64,000 bases of DNA from Seison nebaliae (lineage: Eukaryota): positions 62,001 through 126,000 of the forward strand of contig JALJEE010002733.1 in NCBI GenBank assembly GCA_023231475.1, read 5' to 3'. Position 1 is the stretch's first letter; each line of letters starts with the position of its first letter. Position numbers and translations under genes: made by a program. Shown here one piece after another: positions 25,149-37,600 of the stretch. The notes beneath the pieces are model-generated. The model saw only the letters and a program-made list of their open reading frames with translations. It was not told the origin of the DNA and did no database searches.

Positions 25149-26457
25149 TTTTTTTTCCACTCTAATAACTAATATACAAATCTAAAAGAACTGAAAGACA
25201 TATTCATATTTGAGATTTGAGAAAAGAAAATAAATAGAAAGAAGTTCAGTTTAATTTAAAAGATTAAATTTCTCATTTCGTCCATTTGGTCAATTCGAGT
25301 GACATATCAAAATGGAATGTGTCTCTTTTAAAAACTAATTCAATCATCAATCTATCACGCAATAGAATGCTGGTAATTGGATGGAACTCTGTCTCATCGA
25401 ATGATGGTCTTATGTCGAATCTTTTAAATAAATCTTTAAGCAATTGGAATCTCACTTTCGTGCTCATATTTTATCTCTTCTACTAAAATTCATCTTTTTC
25501 ATCTTATCAAATCTTTAAATTGAAAGCTTCGTTTATGAATTAAATGAATTTTAAAAGAGGAGATAACAGTTGGAAAAAGGCGTCATTTTTCAGGTAAATA
25601 AAAGTCTAACAAATCTACTTGTAAGGTTTCCTGTGTAAAAATCTTTCAATGAAAATCGAGTGTAAAAATGTAAAAATATCATTCGCAAATTTCATAAAAT
25701 ATTTCAAGAGAAATTTATATATCTCTTTTCCCAACTCTTTTTCATTAAATCATTCATAAATATTAACAATTTTCATTTACATAATTCTTTCAAATTGATA
25801 ATAACAGTTTTTTTTTTCACATTCTATTACAGATGATATTATCTTCTGAATGATTTCTCCTAATGTTTTATATATAAACAATTATTACAATGGATAGAAA
25901 GAAATTATCTCACAAATTAAAAAAATTATTTTTAAACATCTCACTATTGTCAGTAAAACAGTCCAAATTATATATAGACTAAACGTTGATTCTGACAGAA
26001 ATATCAATTAAATTAAATTCCGAATTTTCCCTCTAATAAATCAATAATCGTCGGATTAATTTATTCGTATACTCCAATTATGTTATTAATGTAATGGATA
26101 CTATTGAGAGAGAAAGAGTTAGTTTGTTTGTATGGAAAATTGATAGAATTATTATTAATTTTTTTCACTTGTCCAAGAATTAGTGAACATTTTATATTTA
26201 TCGGTTGAGAGAAAAGTTGAGTAGTTGTCCCAAAAATATTTTCAATAATTTTTTGGCTAGTTATCTAATTATTGTGGAAGTTTAAAGGTGGAAGTTTTAA
26301 TTTCGAGGAAAGAATGATGAGAAGATTATGAGATAGAATAAGAAAGAGAAATATTATTGAAATTAGAAGCTGAGAGAATGTAGATGAATTATAATTGAAG
26401 TTCGACTAAATTGTTAGATAAGTACAAAGTGAAAGTTGAGTCGGATGAAAGTGAAGA

Positions 26458-27942
26458 ATGGTGAAGAGAAAGGTGAAACCGATAACTGTACGAGCGAGTA
26501 TTCAAAGAAAGAAAAGTTCTGATTTGATTATTTGCGATGAGCATTGGAAGGAATTGTCCAATTCACAATTAGTAAAGAAACCCGTCTTTCAATCCGTCAG
26601 AAAAAAAAGTTTAATTGCGAAGAAAAAGAGGAGAAGAATAGCTAATAAAGATAATCCTCCTCGTAAACATATCGATGATGATGATGATGATGATGATGAT
26701 ATAATATATATTGATGAAGATGGTAAAAAGGAATCGAAGAATTTCATGAGAAAACGGCAGAATATTTTCAATACAAATATTCCAGTAAAGTTTCAGAAAA
26801 AAAAACCGAATCAAGAATTGAAAAAGAAGAATCACTTGACTAATAATCAAAGTACGATTATTGCTAAGAAAAGTATATTGAGTTCGTGGTTCTCTCCAAA
26901 AATTGAGGAAGGAGAAAAGAAAGATGATAAAATTCCCAATAATGATAATATAACGACATCGAATATGAAAACAAATATTGAAACGAAAATAAAAAGGAAT
27001 ATCGAGAAGAATAAGAAAGAAGATGATAAAACGAAGAAAGTGATTGAAAATAAAAATAAAAAATCAATTGAAAAAACATCTCCAACGATAACGACAAAGA
27101 ATAAATTGAAGAAATTGGAAACAATTTCGACCATTCCCAACAAATCGGAAAGTACAATAAATAATAATGATGAAATGGATAGATCGATTAAATTGAGGGA
27201 GATGATGAAACAATGGGAAGATGAATGTGAAGATGATATTGATAATATGAAATTGGATAACGATATTGAATCAACGACAAGTAATGATCATCCAACTGAC
27301 GAGGATGAGAATAATATAGAAAATATTGAAAATTGTATAAAAACTGTTAAAAAGAAATTTTTCCGTTCAGTTGTCATTGATGGAATGAATGTGATGAATA
27401 ATAAGAGAAGGAATCGTAACGATAAGTCCGATATTTGGAAATTAATTTCTGCCGTCAAATACTTTCATGATAAGGCGAATGTAATCGTTGTAATGCCACT
27501 TCGAGTGTTTAGTAGTTTGAAACAGAATGGAAATTTTCGAGAGATCTCTTATATAATTCGTCTAATTCAAATGGATAATTTAGTCCTCACTCCTCACAAA
27601 GTCACTTCTTCTCGTTCTTATAATTCATATGACGATCGGTTCTCCATCAATAATTATTCTCTTTTTATACTTAAAATTTTTTTTTAGATATATTCTTGAT
27701 GTTGCTCTTTTAATGAATGCAATTATTATCAGTAATGATTCCTTCCGCGATTTATCTTCAACTAACGAACGATATGAGAATCATGTGAGGAATTTGTTTG
27801 TATTCAATTTTTTGAAATTATTTCTTATTTCTTCATTTTTAGATTAGTTGGTTTTTCATTCCTCCACCGAGTATTTCTACCAGCATCTGATCCCAACGGA
27901 CGAAATGGGAAACATTTGAAAGAATTATTAAACGAGTCATAA
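26458..27942 (+). CDS. Zc3h12a/N4BP1-type NYN (PIN) ribonuclease with long low-complexity N-terminus, ~462 aa
   Basis: Exons 26458-27638, 27688-27795 and 27843-27942 (introns of 49 and 47 nt). Motifs VVIDGMNV, LVLTP, SYDDR|YILD, IIISNDSFRDL and FLPASDPNGRNG match the Regnase-family nuclease domain. Confidence 0.9.
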
Positions 27943-27948
27943 TAAAAT

Positions 27949-28258
27949 CTAATTATTATCAATCTCATCTAAATACGACCTCATTTTATTTATTGTTTTT
28001 TTTTCTTCTTTACTTCTTAATTGAAAAACCATAAATTTTCTTCCCTCTGGATCAGGTTCATTTCTTTGACGGAATAATTTCTCGATTCTGATAAATTTTG
28101 TGAATATGTCGAAACCGTTTTCAATATCATTATGAAGAAAAGACACGTTGCAATCATTACAAATCTTTTCATTTATTGTTCTTCTATTAAAATTCTTTAA
28201 TTAATTTCTTTATTCATAAAACTAATAATGTCGGAAAGAAGAATGGACTATCGTCCAT
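27949..28258 (-). CDS. Possible small hypothetical protein (~83 aa)
   Basis: Model 28258-28223, a 58-nt GTT..AG intron, then 28164-27949 gives MDDSPFFFPTLL|ICNDCNVSFLHNDIENGFDIF...YLDEIDNN*. No recognisable family, and other frames are possible. Confidence 0.3.
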
Positions 28259-28504
28259 TCTGTTTCCGTTATACAAGAAATTAACAGTTGTTTCCCTTCC
28301 ATAGTTTTGATAAGGAGAAATAATTTCAAGTTTATTGATATCAATATTGATTATGTCAATAAAAGGAAAACGATAAGGAAATTATTATCCGTCCACCCCA
28401 AATCTCCACAAATGAATCGATGAGAAAATGAAGAAAACTTAAAAAATTTCCTTAAATTTTTTTTACTATAAATTCTCTTTTTGAGAGATAATCATTTAAT
28501 TGTG

Positions 28505-30914
28505 ATGGATGCATTATTAATAAAATTTGATCGAATGCTCTTCAATAAAGGCCAAGATCGTTCATTTTTCAATTAGTTGTTTTTTCAATAAAATTTTTCT
28601 CATTCGAAATAGTCTCAACCGATGAATTGGTATCAAATCGAATGAAAGAAATTCTTTTGATGACAACCAGTCGGAGTAAATTTGAGATGACCATGTCGAC
28701 GATGATGTCTGGGAATAGTATGAAATGTTTAGAAGTTGGAACATCCTCATGGAATTGTCTTTGATCAATTAAATGATTTTTTGAAAGATGTTGACGGAAA
28801 TGCATCCGGATGAATTTCGTAAAAAATTTCGTAGTAATTTAACGAGTACGGAACGATTTCGAAATGCCATTCGAACAGTTTTAATATTCGTCAAATTCTC
28901 GTTATGTGCTCGCAGGTATTTCCTTGATCGTTATCTTCTTCCTGGAACGGAGGAAGATATTCGATTAGACTTTGAAGAGATGTCGATAATGCAACATAAC
29001 GGATTGGAACAATTGAGATTAACAGCTGGACATGTTACTTATAAAATTATTTTTTCTTTAATTTCTTTTTACTTTTCAGTTAGATAAGAATGTATTACAT
29101 AGTTTACTTCTATTACCACAAAAGAGACGTGATGATGATTATAGAACGATTTATAATTATATTAATAATCTTCGAGATTTTCGAGCGATTTTCGAATCAT
29201 CTATTATTTATGATGTGGCGAAAACGATTTCATATGAAAGGTCTCATTTATTGTCTGTGATAAAATAATGGAAATGACAGATATGATCATGGTCGAGTAT
29301 TAGTATGGCAAAACAAACGACCGGAAATGATATATTATTTGATTTCAGGTCGAATTCGTCTGATCCGTCAATTATCCTCCACATGTTCATACAAAGTCTA
29401 TGGGGAAATTGATCGTCCACAATTATTATTTTCTGATTTCTTCACCAACAACATTGAAGATACGACCGATTACATATATGTGACGAAAGGTCTCATCGAA
29501 TTGCTGGTATTGGAAGGAGATGAGTTCAATAACTTCTTCAAACAAACCATTTCAAATCCTTCACGATTTATCAGTCAATCATCCTTACTTTCAAAATTCC
29601 CGTTAGCTGATTTGGATGCGAAAGATATATTTATGAAATATTTTCAGTTTATTTTATTTTTTCATTTGAAACTTTTTTTCCATTTTTATTTTTAGTTCTG
29701 GTGAGATTATTGTAAATAACGCCTATGCGTCACCTTTCGTTTTCTATGTAAAATCGGTTCGATTTTCAATTATCATTAACTAAAAATAATTTTTACTTTT
29801 CTTTCTTTGTCATTTCTACAACGAAATGGAATTGTCTTATTTGTTAGGGCTCAGCAAATGTGTTTCGGAAACAATTTGTTTTAAACACGAAAAATGAAAA
29901 GTTGAAGAATGTGGATGAATATGTTCGAATTCTTAATTCATCGCAGAAAGATTGTCGCCAACGTTTTTCATTTGATATTCTGATGGTTAAGTTGTGGAGT
30001 TGATTAATTGACAGATTTAACTGAATTGAAACGAAGAAGAAAGAAAAGTAAAGTGACGTTGTTGGGTGGGAATGATAACACGAAGAAAATGGAAGAGAAG
30101 CCAAAAACGAGCGGACAGTTCGAAAATTTTTAAATGAGTAAATTTTCTCATTTTTTGTATAACCTTCCAAAAAAAATTACCTCAAATTACGAAAAAAAAC
30201 AAAATGTATTTAGGAAAACATTGAAAAGTTCATTAATCAAATTGCCTCAAATTACTGCTGAGAAGAAGAAGCAAATGTTCGATGTAAAAGAATCGTTAGT
30301 TCTTATTGAACGTCTGGAAACTGGGCAGATTTTCGTTAGTTTAATGATGTTTCGTATAAAGTAATTTTTTGAGGAAAACATGTTGTCTAGGGATTAGAAG
30401 ATCTGAATGAGAGGAAGATGAAGAATAAACAATGGAGAAAGAATCATTATCTAATTGTTCGTATGATGATTTGTATTTCGATCAGGAAAATGGAAAGTTT
30501 TATTTTTTTCATACCTTTCTAGATGAGTTGTGCAAGTGAAATCATATTCATCAGGAAACGAGTCATACGTCACACTGATAATTTCCAATTATCTATCCAA
30601 TTGAAGAATCATGTTAGAGAATTCATTCCATTCCATTAGAATCATTCTGTTTGATTTTATGTAAATTTCATTCGACTTCATTCGATTTCACTCGTTAATG
30701 AAACATTAATCCACAATATAATTATTTAATTTAATTATATTTCTCTCTGAATTCCATCAAACTAATTGATTGAATCGGTTTGGGAAAGGCTAAGCAATAT
30801 TTGGATGAACGTACGTCGGAAAATAATTTGATTGAGAAGTTTAAGTGGCAAAACTATAAAAAATCGACATACCGTCTTTCGGTGGAGAATCGCCATACCC
30901 CAATGATCAATTAA
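28505..30914 (+). CDS. Cyclic nucleotide-binding domain protein (CNBD2-like), ~543 aa, 12 exons
   Basis: Exons 28505-28559, 28613-28734, 28788-29033, 29080-29240, 29281-29646, 29696-29756, 29848-29962, 30015-30117, 30214-30334, 30391-30456, 30523-30612 and 30789-30914 join in frame. Motifs: RFRNAIRTV, YERYDHGRVLVWQ..MIYYLISG, YFHSGEIIV..FYVKSG, LETGQIFGL and WQNYK. Some junctions are less certain. Confidence 0.78.
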
Positions 30915-31235
30915 CGATGATTAGAGTGAAAATAGAAATTGTTGAGATAATAAAATGTCTGTTCATCTTTAAAGGTTTTCCTTTCACGGTCAATGAATCG
31001 TTTCATTCCGGAACCGTTTGTCAATTAAGTTGATAAAAATTTTTCTTTTTAAACTTGCATGAATGAAATGTTTACATATAATTTGTTGATAGATAGTAGG
31101 AGTAGAAAAAAAGGAGGAGAAAAATTTTCTTTTTCCCATTGATAAGCATTTCTTTCACGTCAATATGTATGATAATGAGCAATCGAGATAAACGTATTTC
31201 TTCATTTCGTATTATAATTTAATAGAATTAGAAAA

Positions 31236-33109
31236 ATGAATAACGAGGAACTTTCGTCATCAAATCAATTTTCCAATAAACACGATCTTAGAACTATCAT
31301 CAATTCTGATAATCATGACAACAATACGAACGATAATGAAAATGACACTCAACCCATTGATCGAGGCAGGGCTTGGTTTGTCTTATTGGGTGCTTTTGTT
31401 ACCAGTTTCTTTGGTATTGGATTTTACAAGGCTTTCCCCATCGTGTTTAATCATCTCATTGTCGACTTCAATTCCACCGTTCAAAGCGTCAGTATCGTAA
31501 CAGCATTATCTTCATCAATCTCAGCATTAACCGGTCCTGTTGCAGCTATGGCGGCTGATCGATTTACTGAGAGAAACGTCTCACTATTTGGAGCATTTCT
31601 TATGACGATTTCATATTCTCTCAATTATTTCGTCATTTATTTCCATCTCTTTTATATTACTTTTTTCTTTCACGGTTTGTAATTTCCATTAAAATCACAT
31701 ACTTTCCCATTTCTTCTCAGGTATAGGAATGGGTTTGGTCTTTACATCCACCTTCAGCATGTTGAACAAATCATTCACCAAACGACGAATGCTTGCTAAC
31801 GGTTTAGCTACAACCGGAGATGGTTTTATTCTTCTATTTAAAATAAAATTTATTATTTCTTTTAAGCTTTGGCGTCACTCGTTATGCCATTAATGAACTA
31901 TTGGCTAATTCGTGAGTTTACTATTCATGGCTATTTCCTGATTTTTGGCGGTATGTTAAGTCATCTAATATTCTGTAGTTTTCTATTAAAATCAACAATT
32001 TCCGAAAGCATTCCAATTGAACGACCGAGTAGTTTCGATATCCAATTATCAATCTCAAGAAAACGTTCTTTATCCGTTCAACGATTACGCAACGAATCGG
32101 TCGTATTAGGAATTTCGGGTGGACTAGATCTGCTACCTAAATCGAACAACGGTCTGACTCGTTCACGATCACATATTGTCGATCATTCAACTGATGACCA
32201 TTTAATAGAAAAATATCATAAGAATAGTTGTACTCTTGTCACGTTCATGGAACCGGATAATAATTCAACTACCATTAATGTCGATGAAAATACAACATTG
32301 ACGAATGCGAACAAAACCACTAGATCATCAACTAATAATACTAATAAGAGATGGAATAGATTTATGCCATCGAAAATTCTTTATCAAATTACAGATACTC
32401 AATTCTCTTTCTTCCTTCTAATTCGATCATTTGCTGCTATTGCACTGGCTGGTTCCGGTATGGGCATTGTTGCCTATGCAATTGACGAACGAAAATTATC
32501 GGAAATCGACGTTTCTTTCTATTTCTCAAATTTTTTATTCTTCTTCATTTTCTTTAGGCGATTTGGTTGTTGAATATTGGAGGGATTACTGAAATAGTCA
32601 TGAAAATTATTTTGAGTTTATTATTGGACGATTTGAAACATTATGAATATATAATTCTCATCTTTGGTTATCTCTCATCTGCATTGACCTTATTCTTCCT
32701 CGTTTACTGTACCACATTTGTTAGTTCTTCTTCCTTAACTAAAATCTGTCCTAACTAAAATTTCCCTTTTCAGTTAACAATTTGTTTATGTTTCGTCGTT
32801 TTTCGTTGTAGCGTCAGTATTTGGTTAACGATTGGAATGACCGTTTTAGCTGACATGAGTTCAAGTGAAATGATGAATACTACCGTAGGCTTAAGTAGTT
32901 TGGCAATGGGTCTGTCTCTTCTCATCGGTCTACCAATTTTCGGTTAACACCATTAATTTTCCATAATATTTTCGAAGATAATTCTTCTCTTTAAAGGATT
33001 CATTCATGACCTATTTCATTCTTATCGTTACAGTTTCTGGTTCGGTAGCAGTGGTTGTGGTTTGGCATCACTATTGTCTTGTATATATGCCATGAAATAC
33101 ACTTCCTAA
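31236..33109 (+). CDS. Monocarboxylate transporter family (SLC16/MFS), ~542 aa, 6 exons
   Basis: Exons 31236-31674, 31721-31822, 31867-32510, 32558-32719, 32774-32942 and 32997-33109 (introns 44-54 nt, all GTT). Motifs: DRGRAWFVLLG (DGGWGW-like), F-x-KRR-x-LANGL and GFIHD..SY. There are multiple TM helices around a large central loop. Confidence 0.9.
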
Positions 33110-33379
33110 CGACAGGAAATAAAAATTACAAATAATAATGAGAAGAACATGATTTTATTTAAAGACGATTATTTTTCCATTCTTTTTTTTTCAGAATTTT
33201 TTCAAATAATTTCCGTCGTGCCAAAATAAAAAATTATATTAAGAAAACTTTTTGTAAATAAAAGAAATGTATAATGGATATGGAAGTGACATATGAGAGG
33301 ATGGTGGTAGGTCGACTTTAGCTTTTAATTAAACGTTAATTTCCGCAGTAACCTCAATTCCACGAATAAAAATTGGAAT

Positions 33380-34627
33380 TTATTTTGGAATTTGATGATC
33401 GGATGGATTGGAGCAAAATAATATTGTTCGAATATAATCGGGCTTATTATACAATAAGGTTGAAATGATAACAATAAATGTACCGAAATAAAAAGCCAAA
33501 GTAACAATGGAATCATTTGGCATAAAGATTGCCGAGAAGATTGTCACAATAATAATGGAAATAGAAACGGAATAACTTTTAATAATATTATCAGCATATT
33601 TAATAGTTGCTGCAACTAATAGACCACCAGCACTCTGGATTAATATAATGATAATGACAAGATAATCATATCCGATGAAGAATCCTTTTATTTCAACATC
33701 CTTCCGATTATTGAGAAAGATGGCTATAAAACTGAAGATGATACTGAAAAAACTCAATTGGAAATTTCTTTCCCAGATTGATTGAACAGAATGTTTCAAT
33801 AGTTTTTCGAAATAGACGGACGAAAATCCAGATAGAATACATGAAAGAATCACAGCGGCGGAGCCATAAGAAACATTCTTCATTTTTTGTTTGCTCATTT
33901 TGACTTCGTCCAACTTCTCTTCATGCGCACGACGGAATCGTCGTGCCATTGTCATATTGATGAAACGAGTATCATTATTATTAATATGAATATTGATTTG
34001 TTGTTGGAACATTTCGTTGAGTGTTTGATTCTTTAACTGGAATGAATTTATTCCAATTTTCTTATTCGTCTCTTTCGATGATTGAGTCTGAATGATTGTC
34101 ACACCGAAGAAGAGAAGGATTAGTGCAAACCATTGAACACCAAATTTCTTTCTTAAAAGAAATTTCATGAATATTGCCGTGGTCAACAACTTCAGTTGAC
34201 TGGCTGCCTAAATCGAATAGAATGGAAGAATTAAATTTTAATTTTTGTTAATCAAAGAATAAACTTGGAAAGTCGCCGCGTCCAAATATGAGATAGCGAT
34301 GTACAATAAATTGTTTTGAAAGGTAAATGTGAATGCGGGAACGATAATCTTCAACGTATCCATCGCATTCTTCGTGTACATATTGTGAATGGAATGTGCG
34401 AATTGTCCGACGGAGAATTTGGCGTCTGACATCATCATTAACCAAATACAAACAACAAATTTTACAATTTCCGCCATCGCTACTGCGGTTGAGGTAATGT
34501 ATGGATTAGTATTCCTAATTCTCGAATATCTTAACATGAGTGAATTCGCCGAATTCTGCACAATCAGCAAACAAACGACGCTCTTTTTAACACAATCGTT
34601 CACATTATGATTTGCACCAATCGACAT
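33380..34627 (-). CDS. Nucleotide-sugar transporter SLC35A family (UDP-Gal/UDP-GlcNAc type), ~396 aa
   Basis: Exons 34627-34265 and 34207-33380 (57-nt intron). Motifs: STAVAMAEIVKF, QNNLLYIAISYLDAATFQ|AASQLKLLTTA, SGFSSVYFEKLLK, SIWERNFQL and GGLLVAATIKYADNIIK. Confidence 0.95.
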
Positions 34628-37600
34628 TCTTCTCTTTGAAAATGAAAAACAATTTTTCTTTTTTTTTCTCTAACCAAATTTCCTTAATATTCAACTGACT
34701 TCGATAATATGACGTCACCAATTGATGGTAGAGTAGATGTATGAGTCAATACATTCAAATGAAAAATATAAAAATAATTCTATTTTCTCACATCTCCCAT
34801 AGACTTGTATGATCTAATACTTTCATTAAGAAATTCATTAAATTTTCACAGAAGAATTTATTTTATGATTTTCAATCGTGATATTGGAGAAACTATTTCA
34901 CTAAACAATTTTAAATCATTATAACATAAATCTTAAAAAAGTAGAAATAACGAAAAAAATGTTTAAAAGGGATGTTTTTCATGTTGAAATTGAATAATTT
35001 CCGTAGGAAATCTAAAAGAAGAAAATTTATTAATTGAAGAGGATTGAGAAAGATCTCTGTTTGCTTACCATCTTGGGGAGGAGGATAAGTAAAGAAGAAA
35101 CATTTGAGAAGAACGGAGAAAATGCAGAACTTTCGTTTAACGTTAACTGCATAATTTATTCTTCCATCTCTCTACTCTGACGATTGTTTCTAGTTCAGAT
35201 GCAAACATCAATCAACAGAAACTGGTATGAAAAAATAGATTAAGACTGATATAAATGGTATGACCTACTTAATGAGCAAATAATTGTTTTGTATAATTTC
35301 TAAAACGAAAATAAATTTCTATAGTTTCATCCCATCATTCTACTACCCTTTTTTCTTTCTTTAATTAGAATTTATGTAGTTCCTGATTTTAAGTGAATAA
35401 AAATCATAAAAACTTGTTCAATCAAAATATGTTATTCATTCGCATCCCACCTTCTTCTCGAGTACTCATCATAACCATATTCACTTTCTCATGTGTCATT
35501 GATAAATTTCTTAACAGTAAAAAATCGCAATATTTTGTGGAAATATAAAAAATTAATTTATATTTTCATTCATTTTAAATGGAATTTAATTTTTTTCTAC
35601 TTTATACTTAATATTTTAATATTATAAAGATTCTAGGTTGCCGATTACTTTTTCAGATACTATTACTTTCACCCCAAATTACTTTTTCATAATAATTTCT
35701 TATGTTAAAACTCTTCTTTCCATCGAATGCATATAAGAGAAATAAACGATTTTTTATCAAACAGACATATTCATCCGGATAGAGGAAACACAATAAGCAA
35801 TTTTCATATAAATATTAAGAGCAATAGATTAATTGATGAAGTGACCTTCTGTATCTTCGGCATTTTAATCGATTAAGTCCAAAATGAAGGGTTTTACTTA
35901 CTGTTAGGGAAACGGCAACGAAATTAAATTAACCGAAATTTTTCATTTAAAACCTAATAATTAAGTTTCTTTATTTAGGTAGTTTGTTAGCAAATCTAAA
36001 CGACAAAATAGTTATTACTAAACACTTTATACAACATCAAACTAGCAAGGTTGTAAAAATGTTGTATATTGATTAATTCGGTAGGCCATTATTATTATTA
36101 TTATTTTGAAAGAAATTGAATGAATGACAAAAACTGAAATTGGTAAATATTAATTCTTTTCATAGTCTAATTAATAATTCTTAATTTTTAACTTTTTTCT
36201 ATTTTCGTTTTCTTAAATTATGCAATAAAATTCTATTTTCTCCATACATTTTGTCGTTTTTCTCTTTATCGCGTTTGTCCGTTTTTGCAAAAAATAAGGA
36301 AAATGTCTGGCAGGGGTTTTGTCCAAATTTTCAAAATGAACTGATTTTCTTCATTTTCTTAAAAATACATCAGAAGATGGTTTAAAGTTGTAAAAAAAAT
36401 TTCAAGAAAATAGAACCAATATAAGACCCATGTATTTGGGTTCAAAATTGGAGTCTTATGAAAAATTGATTTTTTTAAATATGTTTAACTAAAAAACTCT
36501 TAATTATGATTAAATTTTTGAATAAAATAAAAAGTAGAAATAACTATGTTGTAAAGCATTTCGAGCTCTTTCCAAATATATTAAATTTAAAATGGTAAGT
36601 TCAATATTTCTGGTTTCTACCAGAAAATGAGGTTTAAAAAAAAATGAAAAAATTCGACTGCCGAGTGGATCAACTCCTACAATCTGAACGATAAACGATA
36701 AATGTTAATTCAGAACAGTAAAGAATATGGGTTGTAATGTGTTACTGGGGATCTTGGGAAGATGTTATTTGTTTAGAAAAAACCTAACAAAAAGTTGAGA
36801 ACTGCCATACCTATTGTGGTAACCGTTTCGTTATTCTCCTCTCAAAACGGCAGTTCTCAAATTTGAACCTTATAAATATTATTGCGATAATTCTCAGTTT
36901 GAAAATAATTTTTTTTTGAATTTAGTTACATCTACGATTAGAAAGCCGATTTAACTAACAATTGTAAAACTAACGTGTTAAAAAAAACTAGGATTGTAAG
37001 TAATATTTCGTAGTTTGAACTATTATTTTAATTCTCATCGAAGAAGATTTACTCTAAGTTGGAGAAGCTTGATAGTGGCGTTAGGTAAAATGAAGGAATA
37101 TTTAGATCGAAAACATTAACAAATATGCAGAAAACATGGTTCTTATCTGAAAGAGTAGTTTATTATATCACTAATTTAATATACAGTATTTAATATTGTA
37201 TTTAATATAACATACCTTATAAACTTCAGATGTTCTGCTTGCGAATTATCTACTTCCTTTTTTCGAGTCACAATCTTTTCGCCGTACATTGAATTGAATT
37301 CGAATAAAAAAAATAAAAAAATTAAAAAAAATTTATTTCTTAGAATTGGGGAATTTCTAAATAGTATCTAATTTTATTTAACAAGATTATTAAAATTTGA
37401 CCGATTTCCGAGTAATTAAGTTCTTAATTAAGCAAATATTTCCGATTTTCAAACGGATGTTTCATGAGGTTGATAGAGAGTTGGTTTGAATAACGATTTC
37501 ATATTAATGATTATTTGAGTTTTAAACGACATTTCTTAGTAGCATTAAAAATAGTAAGGAATTTACTAAATAGCCATTATGGGAAATCGAGGGAAGATAC

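Noticed and set aside
29757..30213. Recursive splicing of the 91-101-nt introns (about twice the modal length)
   Set aside because: There is no internal AG near the midpoint of 29757-29847 or 30118-30213, so they cannot be two stacked ~48-nt introns.
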